Assembly (NCBI RefSeq): GCF_038087665.1
Contig: NZ_CP149925.1
Coordinates: forward strand, 1,395,236 to 1,427,235
DNA from: Gallaecimonas sp. GXIMD4217
Lineage (GTDB): Bacteria; Pseudomonadota; Gammaproteobacteria; Enterobacterales; Gallaecimonadaceae
Direction of reading: 5' to 3'
Length of the DNA stretch: 32,000 nt
The notes under the pieces were generated by a model. It was not told the origin of the DNA. It made no database searches and saw only the letters and a program-made list of their open reading frames with translations. Shown one piece after another: positions 17,444 to 25,564 of the stretch. Within the stretch, counting starts at the first letter, position 1; each line of letters begins with the position of its first letter. The translations under genes and the position numbers were made by a program.

Positions 17444-18740
17444 GGCTTGCCTCCCCGTGCAGGTGGAACCGCCAGTAGCGGGCGGCACCGAACATCACCA
17501 GGGCCGCCACCAGGAACAAGACGGCGCCGCCGATGTAGTCGCCGATCAAGTCGACATAGCGCAGCAGGGCCGTCAGCAGCAGCACCAGCACGCCCGTATA
17601 GAAGAAGTGGGTAATGGCCTCGTCGATGCCGCGGCGGATCAGCCCGATGCCCACGGCCACCAGCATCAGATTGGTGGCCACGGCCAGCCAGAGGTCGCTG
17701 TCCTTGACCAAGGTGTTGCACAGTACCGCCAGGACCCAGTAGAGGGTGATGGCCGGCAGCGACACCAGGGGGCCCTTGCGCCTGGCCAGCGCGTACCCGG
17801 CCAGGCCGCCCAGGGCCGGCAGCAGCGCCGTTGCCGGCCCCAGCAGCTCATAACCTTCGGACAGGCCACGCCAGACGTCGTCGAAGCTCAGTACCAGCAG
17901 GGTCAGGATCAGGCCCCGCAGCAGCCACAGCTGCAGCAGCTGGCCATAGGCCTGGATGTTGTGGTCGGTGCTGGCAAGCAGCCGCCTCGACCAGCCGGCC
18001 AGGATCAGCCCCAGGCCTATGGTGGCCGCCAGCTGTTCGGCGCCGCCATCGAAGCGGTACCAGCCACCCGCCGTCCAGGCCAGCAGGTAGTTGAGCCAGA
18101 CGGCCAGACCGGCCAGGCCAAACAGGAACAGCAGGGCCGAAGACTTGCGCTCCCAGGCCAGCCATAAGGCGGCCAGGGCGAAAAGGGGATAGCCGTAGGG
18201 GAAGGATCCCGTGCCGGCTTCCACGAACATCCAGGTGGTGGCCAGGGCCAGGCAGAGCAGGCCGATAAGCCGGCTCTGGGTGATCAGGGCCACCGGCAGT
18301 ACGCCCAGTGCCCAGTAGAAGATGCCGTCCGGGAAATGCTCGCCCAGGTGGTAGATCTGGGCGATGAGCATGATGGCGGCGCCGTAGCAAAGGGAGCCCA
18401 GGAAGAGCCACAGTACCCCGGCCCGGTAGCGCTGCCGCAACAGCAGCCGCAGTCCCAGCAGGTTGACCGCCAGGGTCAGGCCGATCAGGCCCAGCATCCG
18501 CGTCAGCCTCGGGATCTGCTCCCAGTTGTGGGACAGGACCAGGATCAGCGCCAGGCCCACGAAGAGGGCGGCCAGGGCGGTGAGCACGTAATAGCCGAAG
18601 GTGCCGGCTCGGGCATCTTCGGGGCTGGCGCCATACCGGGCCAGTATGGCCTCTGCCTGGGCCGGCTGGATGAGCCCGTCCCGGGCCCATTCCATGACCT
18701 CCCTGGCCATGTCCTTCTTGAACAGTCTGAACAGTCGCAT
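17436..18740 (-). CDS. DUF2157-type polytopic membrane protein, about 434 aa with at least 10 TM helices
   Basis: The N-terminal soluble segment ...MEWARDGLIQPAQAEAILARYG is followed by many TM helices, the layout I associate with DUF2157 (and DUF4401-like) partners of GDYXXLXY proteins. The ATG at 18740 is preferred over the track start at 18782. Confidence 0.8.
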   Translation of the reverse strand: MRLFRLFKKDMAREVMEWARDGLIQPAQAEAILARYGASPEDARAGTFGYYVLTALAALFVGLALILVLSHNWEQIPRLTRMLGLIGLTLAVNLLGLRLLLRQRYRAGVLWLFLGSLCYGAAIMLIAQIYHLGEHFPDGIFYWALGVLPVALITQSRLIGLLCLALATTWMFVEAGTGSFPYGYPLFALAALWLAWERKSSALLFLFGLAGLAVWLNYLLAWTAGGWYRFDGGAEQLAATIGLGLILAGWSRRLLASTDHNIQAYGQLLQLWLLRGLILTLLVLSFDDVWRGLSEGYELLGPATALLPALGGLAGYALARRKGPLVSLPAITLYWVLAVLCNTLVKDSDLWLAVATNLMLVAVGIGLIRRGIDEAITHFFYTGVLVLLLTALLRYVDLIGDYIGGAVLFLVAALVMFGAARYWRFHLHGEASHD

Positions 18741-18864
18741 GTCCCTATTTCCCGTTGGCGCCGGCGGCTCCTTGCTGACCACGTTTCTGGACTATAGCCA
18801 ATCCCTGAGTGGGGGCGGCCAGCTGGAACGCGTCGTCAACGAAGCGTTCCAGCCTTGCCTCTGC

Positions 18865-19281
18865 TCAGGTAGTGCCGGACAGCAGCAGCCAGCTCCAATA
18901 CACCGCAATGGCTAGTTGTACCGCAAAGGCGCCGAAGCGCAGATAGATGGCAGCCAGGTTGCCAGAGAGCAGGTGGAAGCCGGACTGGCAGAGCCGGGCG
19001 CCAAGAAACGTGAAGGCCAGGGGATCGGTGAGGTCGGCCCGTTCCGTGACCAGGGCCACCAGCATCAGCCCGCCAAAGAGGGGCAGGCCTTCGATGCAGT
19101 TGGCATGGGCCCGGGTCAGTCGCTGCATAAAGGGCGACAGGTTGGCGTTATCGGGACGGAACTCGTTGGCCTTCATCTTGCCGATGAGGATAAGCCGGGT
19201 CCGCAGCGCTTCCATGAGGATCAGCAGGAGCAGGGACCAGGCGATAAAACCCAGCAGGGCGGTGGCGGTAGGCGAGTACAT
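18865..19281 (-). CDS. MAPEG family membrane protein (glutathione-transferase-like)
   Basis: 138 aa with four TM segments and the loop ...RLTRAHANCIEGLPLFGGLML..., characteristic of MAPEG. AGGGGAA precedes the ATG. Confidence 0.83.
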   Translation of the reverse strand: MYSPTATALLGFIAWSLLLLILMEALRTRLILIGKMKANEFRPDNANLSPFMQRLTRAHANCIEGLPLFGGLMLVALVTERADLTDPLAFTFLGARLCQSGFHLLSGNLAAIYLRFGAFAVQLAIAVYWSWLLLSGTT

Positions 19282-19320
19282 GGGCGGGTTCCCCTGTGAC
19301 GGCGTGAGCAGCCAGGCCGT

Positions 19321-19629
19321 TCAGATCCCGACCGGGCCCGAGGTGAGCCGGGTCAGCTCGTCGTTCACATCGAAGATCCTGGCCTGTACCTCTGGCACGC
19401 CCAGGGCCTTGAGCCTGGCGGTATGCTTTTCAAGATAGGCCCTGGCGGCGGCCTCGTCCTCGAACAGGTAGATGCCACCGGCCTCCTGCTCGCCTTCGTT
19501 CTGGGTCCAGATCTTCCAGAGAAAACCGGGCTCGTCCCTGATGGACTCGGCCAGCCCGGTCAGCTGTTCGGTCATCTCCTTGCCGAAGGGGCCGGGGTAG
19601 GGGAAGTGGATCTGCAGCAGCTTGGTCAT
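19321..19629 (-). CDS. ydhR: YdhR family putative monooxygenase (dimeric alpha/beta barrel)
   Basis: [16 protein letters not shown]...[52 protein letters not shown] closely tracks E. coli YdhR as I remember it. The protein is 102 aa. Confidence 0.9.
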   Translation of the reverse strand: MTKLLQIHFPYPGPFGKEMTEQLTGLAESIRDEPGFLWKIWTQNEGEQEAGGIYLFEDEAAARAYLEKHTARLKALGVPEVQARIFDVNDELTRLTSGPVGI

Positions 19630-19735
19630 GGAAAATCCTTCCTTGAGTCAACGAGTAGGTGATGTCATTGGACGCGGTGCCTTGTCGGCACCAGGCGATA
19701 TGGCCTCTCTGGCAATCTTCCTGGCGCGATGGCGA

Positions 19736-20524
19736 TCACGGCTGGCCGGTTTCGGGGGCTGCCGTATTCTGGCTTTTCTCTTCTGCTGGTTTCGTGACCT
19801 CCGCCGGCGGCATCTCACCGGTGGCATTGTTGCCCTTGTCCTCAGTGGCGCCTTCGGGTCCGCTGTTCGTTTCAAGGGAGTCCAGCGGCACCAGGCTGGC
19901 CACGTTGTCGTGGGGCAGCATCAGCACCTGTTGGCCGTCGTAGAGCCAGAGGTAACGGCTGGTGGCGGTCACCAGCTGCACCTTGGGCAGGGTCAGCTGC
20001 TGTTCCGCTGCCGCCATGGGGTAGATGGCAGTGATCCGGTAATGGGGCGTTTCGCCCCTTTTGATGGCAGAGGCCCGGCTCAGCGCCGATAAGTCCGAAG
20101 ATACATTGGTATAGATAATGCCCACCAATGCCAGCACCAGCAGGGGGCTGATACGGAAGAAAGGCTTGTTGTACTTGTCGCTGGCGCGGGCATAGCGGGG
20201 AAATCGGCTTCTCAGGGCAATTTCCAGCCGAAGCAGCAGGTAAATAAAGGCAAGACCACAGGCCACGTAGATAAAGGCCTTGGGCTCGTGTATTGCGCCC
20301 AGGATAAAGTCCAGCAACTCCAGGTGGGTGAGGGCATCGACATGGAAGGCGTTCAGCAGGTTGATGGTGTGAAAAAGCCCCACCACACTGGCACAGAGGT
20401 AAAGGAAGGAGGCGGCCAGGGTCGGGTGCTGGTGGCCAAAGCGCAGCAACGCCCTGAACTGGGACTGGAAATGGGCAACATAGTCTTCGGAATTGGTGAT
20501 GGTGTCCGGCAGGGCTTGGCTCAT
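19736..20524 (-). CDS. Hypothetical membrane protein with a low-complexity Glu/Pro/Thr/Ala C-terminal tail
   Basis: The ATG at 20524 follows AAGAAGGA. It has about 4 TM helices in the N-terminal half and a soluble domain, and I recognise no family. GC is visibly lower than in the flanking genes. Confidence 0.7.
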   Translation of the reverse strand: MSQALPDTITNSEDYVAHFQSQFRALLRFGHQHPTLAASFLYLCASVVGLFHTINLLNAFHVDALTHLELLDFILGAIHEPKAFIYVACGLAFIYLLLRLEIALRSRFPRYARASDKYNKPFFRISPLLVLALVGIIYTNVSSDLSALSRASAIKRGETPHYRITAIYPMAAAEQQLTLPKVQLVTATSRYLWLYDGQQVLMLPHDNVASLVPLDSLETNSGPEGATEDKGNNATGEMPPAEVTKPAEEKSQNTAAPETGQP

Positions 20525-20674
20525 GGTCCTTCTTTGTCCAGCTGTCCTTTGCCGTCAAAGCCTACTGGCTTTTCAACAGAAAAAACAGCCAAAAGAAGCG
20601 GTTAGCCGTGGCGCAGAGTGGTCGCCCGGGCCGGCCCACAAGCAAAGGCACCGGCCAGGGTCGCCAGCCGGCGC

Positions 20675-21022
20675 TCAGCTTTCCACCAGCACCTCGAAGC
20701 CGCCAAAGATAAGGCGCTTGCCGTCGAAGGGCATCTCTTCTGGCTGCATGCGCGGGTCCGCCATCAGCTTCTCCATGTTGGCGTTGCGCACCTCCCGGGA
20801 CGGCCAGAGGATCCAGGAGAACACCACCGTCTCGTCCGCTTGGCATTTCACCGCCATGGGGAAGGAGGTGATCTCGCCCTGTGGCACGTCGTCGCCCCAG
20901 CATTCCACCAGCTTGAGGGCGCCGTACTCCTTGAAGATGGCCGCCCAGGACTGGGCATGCTGGCGATAGACTTCCTTGTTGGCCGTGGGCACGGCCAATA
21001 CGAATCCGTCGATATAGGACAT
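20675..21022 (-). CDS. ybaA: DUF1428 family protein (YbaA-like)
   Basis: MSYIDGFVLAVP...FKEYGALKLVECWGDDVPQGEITSFPMAVK...VVFSWILWPSREVRNANMEKLMADPRM...MPFDGKRLIFGGFE parallels E. coli YbaA. The second ATG (21022) is preferred over 21028 on Shine-Dalgarno (SD) spacing and homologue N-terminus; either is possible. Confidence 0.86.
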   Translation of the reverse strand: MSYIDGFVLAVPTANKEVYRQHAQSWAAIFKEYGALKLVECWGDDVPQGEITSFPMAVKCQADETVVFSWILWPSREVRNANMEKLMADPRMQPEEMPFDGKRLIFGGFEVLVES

Positions 21023-21072
21023 GGGCATGATCTCTTATTGTGAGTGGCCCTTAAGGCTTAGCCCATGTCCCT

Positions 21073-21717
21073 TTACTTTTCCCGCTCATGGGCCCTGGCC
21101 AGGATAAAGAGATCGGTGCCCGGCTGGCCCTGCTCGACCGGGAAGGCCTGGCGCCACAGGTCCAGTACGTCGAAGCCGTTATCGGTCAGGGCCCGGCTCA
21201 GGTGCTCGCCCTGGTGGTAGTGGATATAGACCCGGTCGCCGTCGCCGTTGCTCTGGAAGCCGGAACGGCGGTCGTCGTCTTCCATGGTGCTGAGGTAGAG
21301 CAGGCCGCCCGGTGCCAGCAGGTCCTTGGCATCATTGATAAGCCGTTCGGCGTCCGGCTTGGACAGGTAGGGCAGGCAGAAACCGCAGAAGATGGCGTCA
21401 AAGGGACCGGGCAGGGCGGCGATGTCACGACAGTCCATGACCAGGAACTCGGCCTCCGGGTTGTTGGCCCTGGCCAGCGCTACCATGGCCGGGGCCAGAT
21501 CCAGGCCGGTGATCCTCAGGCCGGGGCGCCTGTCCAGCAGGTAGCGGCTGACGTTACCGGGACCGCAGCCCGGCTCCAGGATCCGGGCCTCGGCGCTTGG
21601 CAACAGGGCAAGGAAGGCGTCGTAGCTGTCGTGGTAGCAGTCCCAGTCCATGTACTTCTGCTGGTATTTTTCCGCCAGCTTGTCGAAGGTCGCCGCCGTT
21701 ATGCCGTACTTTTCCAA
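21073..21717 (-). CDS. Class I SAM-dependent methyltransferase
   Basis: SAM-binding motif ILEPGCGPGN and an N-terminal FDKLAEKYQQKY typical of this fold. The apparent start is a TTG at 21717 preceded by AAGGAAAA. Confidence 0.85.
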   Translation of the reverse strand: MEKYGITAATFDKLAEKYQQKYMDWDCYHDSYDAFLALLPSAEARILEPGCGPGNVSRYLLDRRPGLRITGLDLAPAMVALARANNPEAEFLVMDCRDIAALPGPFDAIFCGFCLPYLSKPDAERLINDAKDLLAPGGLLYLSTMEDDDRRSGFQSNGDGDRVYIHYHQGEHLSRALTDNGFDVLDLWRQAFPVEQGQPGTDLFILARAHEREK

Positions 21718-21793
21718 CGCCGTTTTCCTTTTTTTTCAATATGTTGACCAACGGCCTGTCTAGTGCCGATGGATCCTGGCTACAACGCCCGGC

Positions 21794-22333
21794 TCAGCCT
21801 TCCAGGGTACGGCGGTGGCCATGGGCCCAGTGGCCCGCCTCGGCGAAACCGGGCAGGGCCTGGACCCTGGCAAGGGTGGCGGCCAGCAGCTCGTCATCAT
21901 CCTGGGCGAGATCGATCTCGAACCGGCACGGCTGGCTGACATACCAGGGGGTCGGCGTATAAATCTCCAGGTGATTGCCTTCCGGGTCCTTGAAATAGAT
22001 GGACCAGGCGGTGCCGTGGGAGACGGTGCGCAGGGGGTAATTGCCGGCCGCCAGGCTTTGGTGGAACACCCGTAGCTGGCCGAGATTGTCGACCCGGAAC
22101 GCGATATGGTCCAGCGGGCCGTCGCTAGCCTGCGTCGCCGTCTTTGGGCTGAAGACGATCTGGTGGTGCTCGTCCGGGTGCCGGCTCAGGAACACCATGT
22201 CGTTACCCCTGTCCGTGACCACGAAACCCAGGAACTGCGTATAGAAGCTTTCCATGACATCGGCATCGGTCACGAACAGTTCTATATGGCCAAGGCGGAG
22301 ATGGGGAAAGGTGCTTGGGGCATGTTGGGTCAT
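21794..22333 (-). CDS. VOC (glyoxalase/bleomycin-resistance/extradiol dioxygenase) family protein
   Basis: LGHIELFVTD...FYTQFLGF...DHIAFRV...YFKDPEGNHLEIY is the paired beta-alpha-beta-beta-beta VOC signature. The ATG follows GAGAGGA. It is divergent from a LysR gene. Confidence 0.85.
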   Translation of the reverse strand: MTQHAPSTFPHLRLGHIELFVTDADVMESFYTQFLGFVVTDRGNDMVFLSRHPDEHHQIVFSPKTATQASDGPLDHIAFRVDNLGQLRVFHQSLAAGNYPLRTVSHGTAWSIYFKDPEGNHLEIYTPTPWYVSQPCRFEIDLAQDDDELLAATLARVQALPGFAEAGHWAHGHRRTLEG

Positions 22334-22393
22334 GGTGTTCGTCCTCTCATCGGGCGGTTACGGCGTTGGCGAACAGAATAGGTTCCTTGATTG

Positions 22394-22447
22394 ATGTTGA
22401 CAATGAGGTAAGATTCAAACTCATTGGATAATAAATGTTGACAGTGA
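22394..22447. promoter_or_regulatory. Divergent promoter/operator region: two ATGTTGACAnTGA direct repeats flanking a 7-bp inverted repeat
   Basis: Copies lie at 22394-22406 and 22435-22447 (12/13 identical, 41 bp apart). CAATGAG-N12-CTCATTG lies at 22401-22426. This is the AT-richest stretch of the window, between the VOC and LysR genes. Confidence 0.35.
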
Positions 22448-23359
22448 ATGGCGCTTTCCTTTGAGCAACTGAAGAACATGGTGGTTTTTTCGACCGTGGT
22501 CAGGGCCGGCAGCTTCGCCGAGGCGGCGAGGCAACTGAAACTGTCCCGGGCCGTGGTCAGTTATCACGTCAAGCGATTGGAAGCGCAGCTGTCGGTACGG
22601 CTGCTCAACAGAACCACCCGCTCCCTCAGCCTCACCGAGGTGGGTGAGCAGTTCTACGAAAGCTGTCAGCGTATCGCCGATGAGGCCAACCTGGCCCAGT
22701 TGCGCCTGGAACAGCTGCGTGACGAACCCCGGGGTCATGTGCGGATCTCGGCACCCACCCACCTGGGCAGCGACTTCATCGTCCCGGCGTTGAGCGAGTT
22801 CCGGCGCCTCTATCCTAAGATCAGCATCGACCTGACCCTGTCTGACGAGTTGGTGGATGTGGTCGAGCAGGGTATCGATCTGGCCATTCGCGGCACCCAG
22901 GAAAAGCTCCAGGACTCCAGCCTGATCGCCACCAGATTGACGGAGATCCGGGCCGTACTTTGTGCCTCACCGGCCTACCTGGCCCGGCAGGGCCAGCCGG
23001 AAAGGCCGGAGGCGCTGGCCGATCACCAGTGGGTGCTCTACAAGCGCACCCCGCCGCTCCTGATCCTGACCAAGGGTGACACCAGGGTAGCCGTCAGGAT
23101 GACCGGCATGGTGGAAACCAACAATGCCGCCGCCAGGACCGCCTTCGTGCTGGCCGGGGACGGCATTGGCCGCCTGCCCGAATTTGTGGCAAGAGATGGG
23201 TTGGCGACCGGCGAGCTGGTGCAGCTGTTCCCCGACTACCAGCTACCCAGCATCAAGGTCTACGCCGTCTACGGGCCGGGCGCCACCCAGTCCGGCAAGA
23301 TGGGTGCCCTGGTCGACTTCCTCAAGCAGCATTTCGGTACCCGCTATCCGTGGATCTAG
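22448..23359 (+). CDS. LysR family transcriptional regulator
   Basis: N-terminal wHTH (FSTVVRAGSFAEAARQLKLSRAVVSYHVKRLEAQL) plus a LysR substrate-binding domain. 303 aa, divergent from a likely target operon. Confidence 0.92.
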   Translation: MALSFEQLKNMVVFSTVVRAGSFAEAARQLKLSRAVVSYHVKRLEAQLSVRLLNRTTRSLSLTEVGEQFYESCQRIADEANLAQLRLEQLRDEPRGHVRISAPTHLGSDFIVPALSEFRRLYPKISIDLTLSDELVDVVEQGIDLAIRGTQEKLQDSSLIATRLTEIRAVLCASPAYLARQGQPERPEALADHQWVLYKRTPPLLILTKGDTRVAVRMTGMVETNNAAARTAFVLAGDGIGRLPEFVARDGLATGELVQLFPDYQLPSIKVYAVYGPGATQSGKMGALVDFLKQHFGTRYPWI

Positions 23360-23377
23360 TCCGGCATTCAGCGACAC

Positions 23378-23881
23378 TCATTGCTCGCTTAACAGCAGCT
23401 GCCAGTAGCCCACGTCTATCCAGCGGTCGAACTTGCGCCCCACCTGCTGGAAGTGGGCGACCTGGCTCAGGCCAAGTTTTTCGTGCAGGGCGACGCTGGC
23501 CGGGTTGGGCAGGGCGATGCCGGCCATTACCGCGTGAACCTGGCCCGCTGCAAGCACCTTGAACAGCGCCCGGTAGAGGCGGGTGCCCAGGCCCCGGCCG
23601 CCGGCGCTTGGGGCCAGGTAGACGGTGATTTCCACCGAATGGCGGTAGGCGGCGCGGGCCTTCCAGGGGCTGGCATAGGCGTAGCCGAGCACCTGGCCCC
23701 GTTCATCTTCCGCCACCAGCCAGGGCAGGCCTTGGGACCGCACCTGTTCGATGCGCCCGGCCATGTCGTCATCGGCGACCGGCGCCTCTTCGAAGGTGGC
23801 GATGCTGTCCACGACATAGTGGTTGTAGATGGCGGCGATGGCTGTGGCATCAGGTGGGGTTGCGGTGCGGATCCTGGTCAT
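23378..23881 (-). CDS. GNAT acetyltransferase, phosphinothricin / methionine-sulfoximine N-acetyltransferase (PAT, MnaT/YncA-like) family
   Basis: IRTATPPDATAIAAIYNHYV...TFEE...GYAYASPWKARAAYRHSVEITVYL...GRGLG...VMAGIALPNPASVALHEKLGL...VGRKFDRWIDV parallels E. coli YncA/MnaT and Bar/PAT proteins. I prefer the ATG at 23881, 2 nt after the GrpB stop; 23899 is the alternative. Confidence 0.85.
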   Translation of the reverse strand: MTRIRTATPPDATAIAAIYNHYVVDSIATFEEAPVADDDMAGRIEQVRSQGLPWLVAEDERGQVLGYAYASPWKARAAYRHSVEITVYLAPSAGGRGLGTRLYRALFKVLAAGQVHAVMAGIALPNPASVALHEKLGLSQVAHFQQVGRKFDRWIDVGYWQLLLSEQ

Positions 23882-23883
23882 GC

Positions 23884-24402
23884 TCAGGGGGTAAACCATT
23901 TCAGCGCTTCGCCCTGGTGTTGTTGGATGAAGTCGTGCTTGTAGGCCTGGTAGGCCTTGATGTCGTGGCCGCAGGCGGCAACGGCCTCCCGCTTCAGGGC
24001 CGCGTACCGGTCCCGTTTTTCCGGGAAGGCGCGCAGGTAGTCGCGAAAGGCCAGGTGCCGCAGCACATGCTCATCGCCACGTACAAAGGCGTGAAGCTGG
24101 TGGCTGCGCAGGTTACCGCCCTTCTGGAAGTAGCGCCGGCCCGGTATGCCGTTTTCGCCCCTGGCCCGGTAGCCCAGGGCCGCCATTGCCGGGCCGAGGC
24201 TATCCAGGGCTGCCAGCTCGGTGACCTCCAGCAGGATATCGATGACCGGCTTGGCCGCAAGCCCCTCAACCGAGGTGCTGCCGATATGGTGGGCGGCAAG
24301 CAGGACGTCGCCCAGCGCCGCCTGCAGCTGCTCCGCCTCCTGGGCGAAGGCCCTGGCCCACTGCGGGCGGTAGTCCACCAGCACCAACTTTCTTTCCTGC
24401 AT
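23884..24402 (-). CDS. GrpB (UPF0157) family protein, nucleotidyltransferase-like fold
   Basis: VDYRPQW...F..E...L...L......HIGSTSV.GL.AKPVIDI is the GrpB signature. 172 aa; AGGAAAAA precedes the ATG. Confidence 0.88.
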   Translation of the reverse strand: MQERKLVLVDYRPQWARAFAQEAEQLQAALGDVLLAAHHIGSTSVEGLAAKPVIDILLEVTELAALDSLGPAMAALGYRARGENGIPGRRYFQKGGNLRSHQLHAFVRGDEHVLRHLAFRDYLRAFPEKRDRYAALKREAVAACGHDIKAYQAYKHDFIQQHQGEALKWFTP

Positions 24403-24546
24403 GGTTTTTTCCTGATCAAGGGGCCTGCTCGCCTTCGGCCGGCGTGAGCCGGGCCAAGGCCGTCCAAAAGGCCGTTAGCATAGTGTTAAAGCACTTTTGC
24501 AACAAGGCGCTAACAAGCAAGAGCCGTCCCGGAGCGGCGGTGCTGG

Positions 24547-25032
24547 TCAGCCCGGCGGCGTAAACCAGTGCGGCAGGGTGCGGGCCAGGGCGCGGGCCAT
24601 GCGCCTGGTGTGGGAGCCTGGCCAGTAGAGGCGGTGGCAGCCGGGGCAGTACAGCAGCTCGTCGCCGTATTGGCGGCTGGACAGGGGTGCCAGGCGGTCG
24701 ATCTCCTCCGCACTGGCGGCCCTGAGCCGGCCGTTGCAGAGCAGGCAGCGGCGGAACAGGGCGTCCGGCCTGGGGAGTTGGCAGGCGTCTATCACCTCGC
24801 GAAGCTGCTGCAGGGGCTTCTGGCTTTGGATGAGCAGGGATCTGTGGGGGCGCAGCTCGTTGACCAGTGCCCTGTCCCGGGTCAGCAGCCAGCGCTCTTC
24901 GCGGTCGGCGATGGCGACCAGTTCCGGATCGGGCTTTTCCGGGTGGTAGAGGGTGTCGTAGTCCAGCACCCTCAGCCAGCGGGCCAGGCGGCCGAGCATG
25001 GCGTCGGCCAGGAAACGGGGTTTGGGGCTCAT
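24547..25032 (-). CDS. Mut7-C RNase domain protein (PIN-like nuclease plus C-terminal zinc ribbon)
   Basis: FLADAMLGRLARWLRVLDYDT...LLTRDR (PIN-like core) and CLLCNGRL...YCPGCHRLYWPGSH (CxxC...CxxC ribbon), the Mut7-C/DUF82 arrangement. Confidence 0.85.
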   Translation of the reverse strand: MSPKPRFLADAMLGRLARWLRVLDYDTLYHPEKPDPELVAIADREERWLLTRDRALVNELRPHRSLLIQSQKPLQQLREVIDACQLPRPDALFRRCLLCNGRLRAASAEEIDRLAPLSSRQYGDELLYCPGCHRLYWPGSHTRRMARALARTLPHWFTPPG

Positions 25033-25054
25033 AACCCCAGTTTAGCCCTGGCCC

Positions 25055-25561
25055 CTAGAGGGTTATGGCGAAGTAGCGCAGCTGCTCCTCGTCCTGGGGC
25101 AGGCGGATCAGGCCCTCGTCGGTCATGCCCAGGCGTGACAGCAGCCGGGCCGAGGCGTCGTTGTGCCGGCTGGTGATGGCCACCAGGCGTTCGAGGCCAA
25201 GCTCCCTGGCATGGTCCAGGGTCGCCTGGGCGGCCTCCAGGGCATAGCCCCGGCCCCAGTAGGCGGATGAGAGAGCATAACCGATGTCCACGTCGGCCAG
25301 GCCGTCGCGCTTGATAAGGCCACAGAGGCCGACCGGGGTGGCGCTGTCCTTCAGCTCCACCAGGTAGAGGCCAAAGCCGTGCTCCCGGTACAGGGCCAGG
25401 GGGCCCTTCTCCATGTAGCCCCTGGCGCCATCCAGGTCGTGCACCTGCTTGTCGCCGATGTTGGCAAGCCAGCCCGGTTCATTGACCAGCTCGAGGATGT
25501 AGGGGGCATCGGCCAGGATCAGGTGACGCAGCCGCAGCCTGGGGGTTTCCAGGGGCAGCAT
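25055..25561 (-). CDS. GNAT family N-acetyltransferase (RimJ/RimL-like)
   Basis: LETPRLRLRHL...D...I..L......IGY.L...YWGRGYALEA......A...GL.R..A....N..S.RLL..LGM is the Acetyltransf_3 pattern. The ATG lies 3 nt after the DUF1330 stop. Confidence 0.88.
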   Translation of the reverse strand: MLPLETPRLRLRHLILADAPYILELVNEPGWLANIGDKQVHDLDGARGYMEKGPLALYREHGFGLYLVELKDSATPVGLCGLIKRDGLADVDIGYALSSAYWGRGYALEAAQATLDHARELGLERLVAITSRHNDASARLLSRLGMTDEGLIRLPQDEEQLRYFAITL

Positions 25562-25564
25562 GGC

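Noticed and set aside
22438-22443. Perfect TTGACA as the -35 element of the lysR promoter
   Set aside because: It ends only 4 nt before the lysR ATG, so no -10 or transcript start can follow it upstream of the gene. It is treated as part of a repeated binding box instead.
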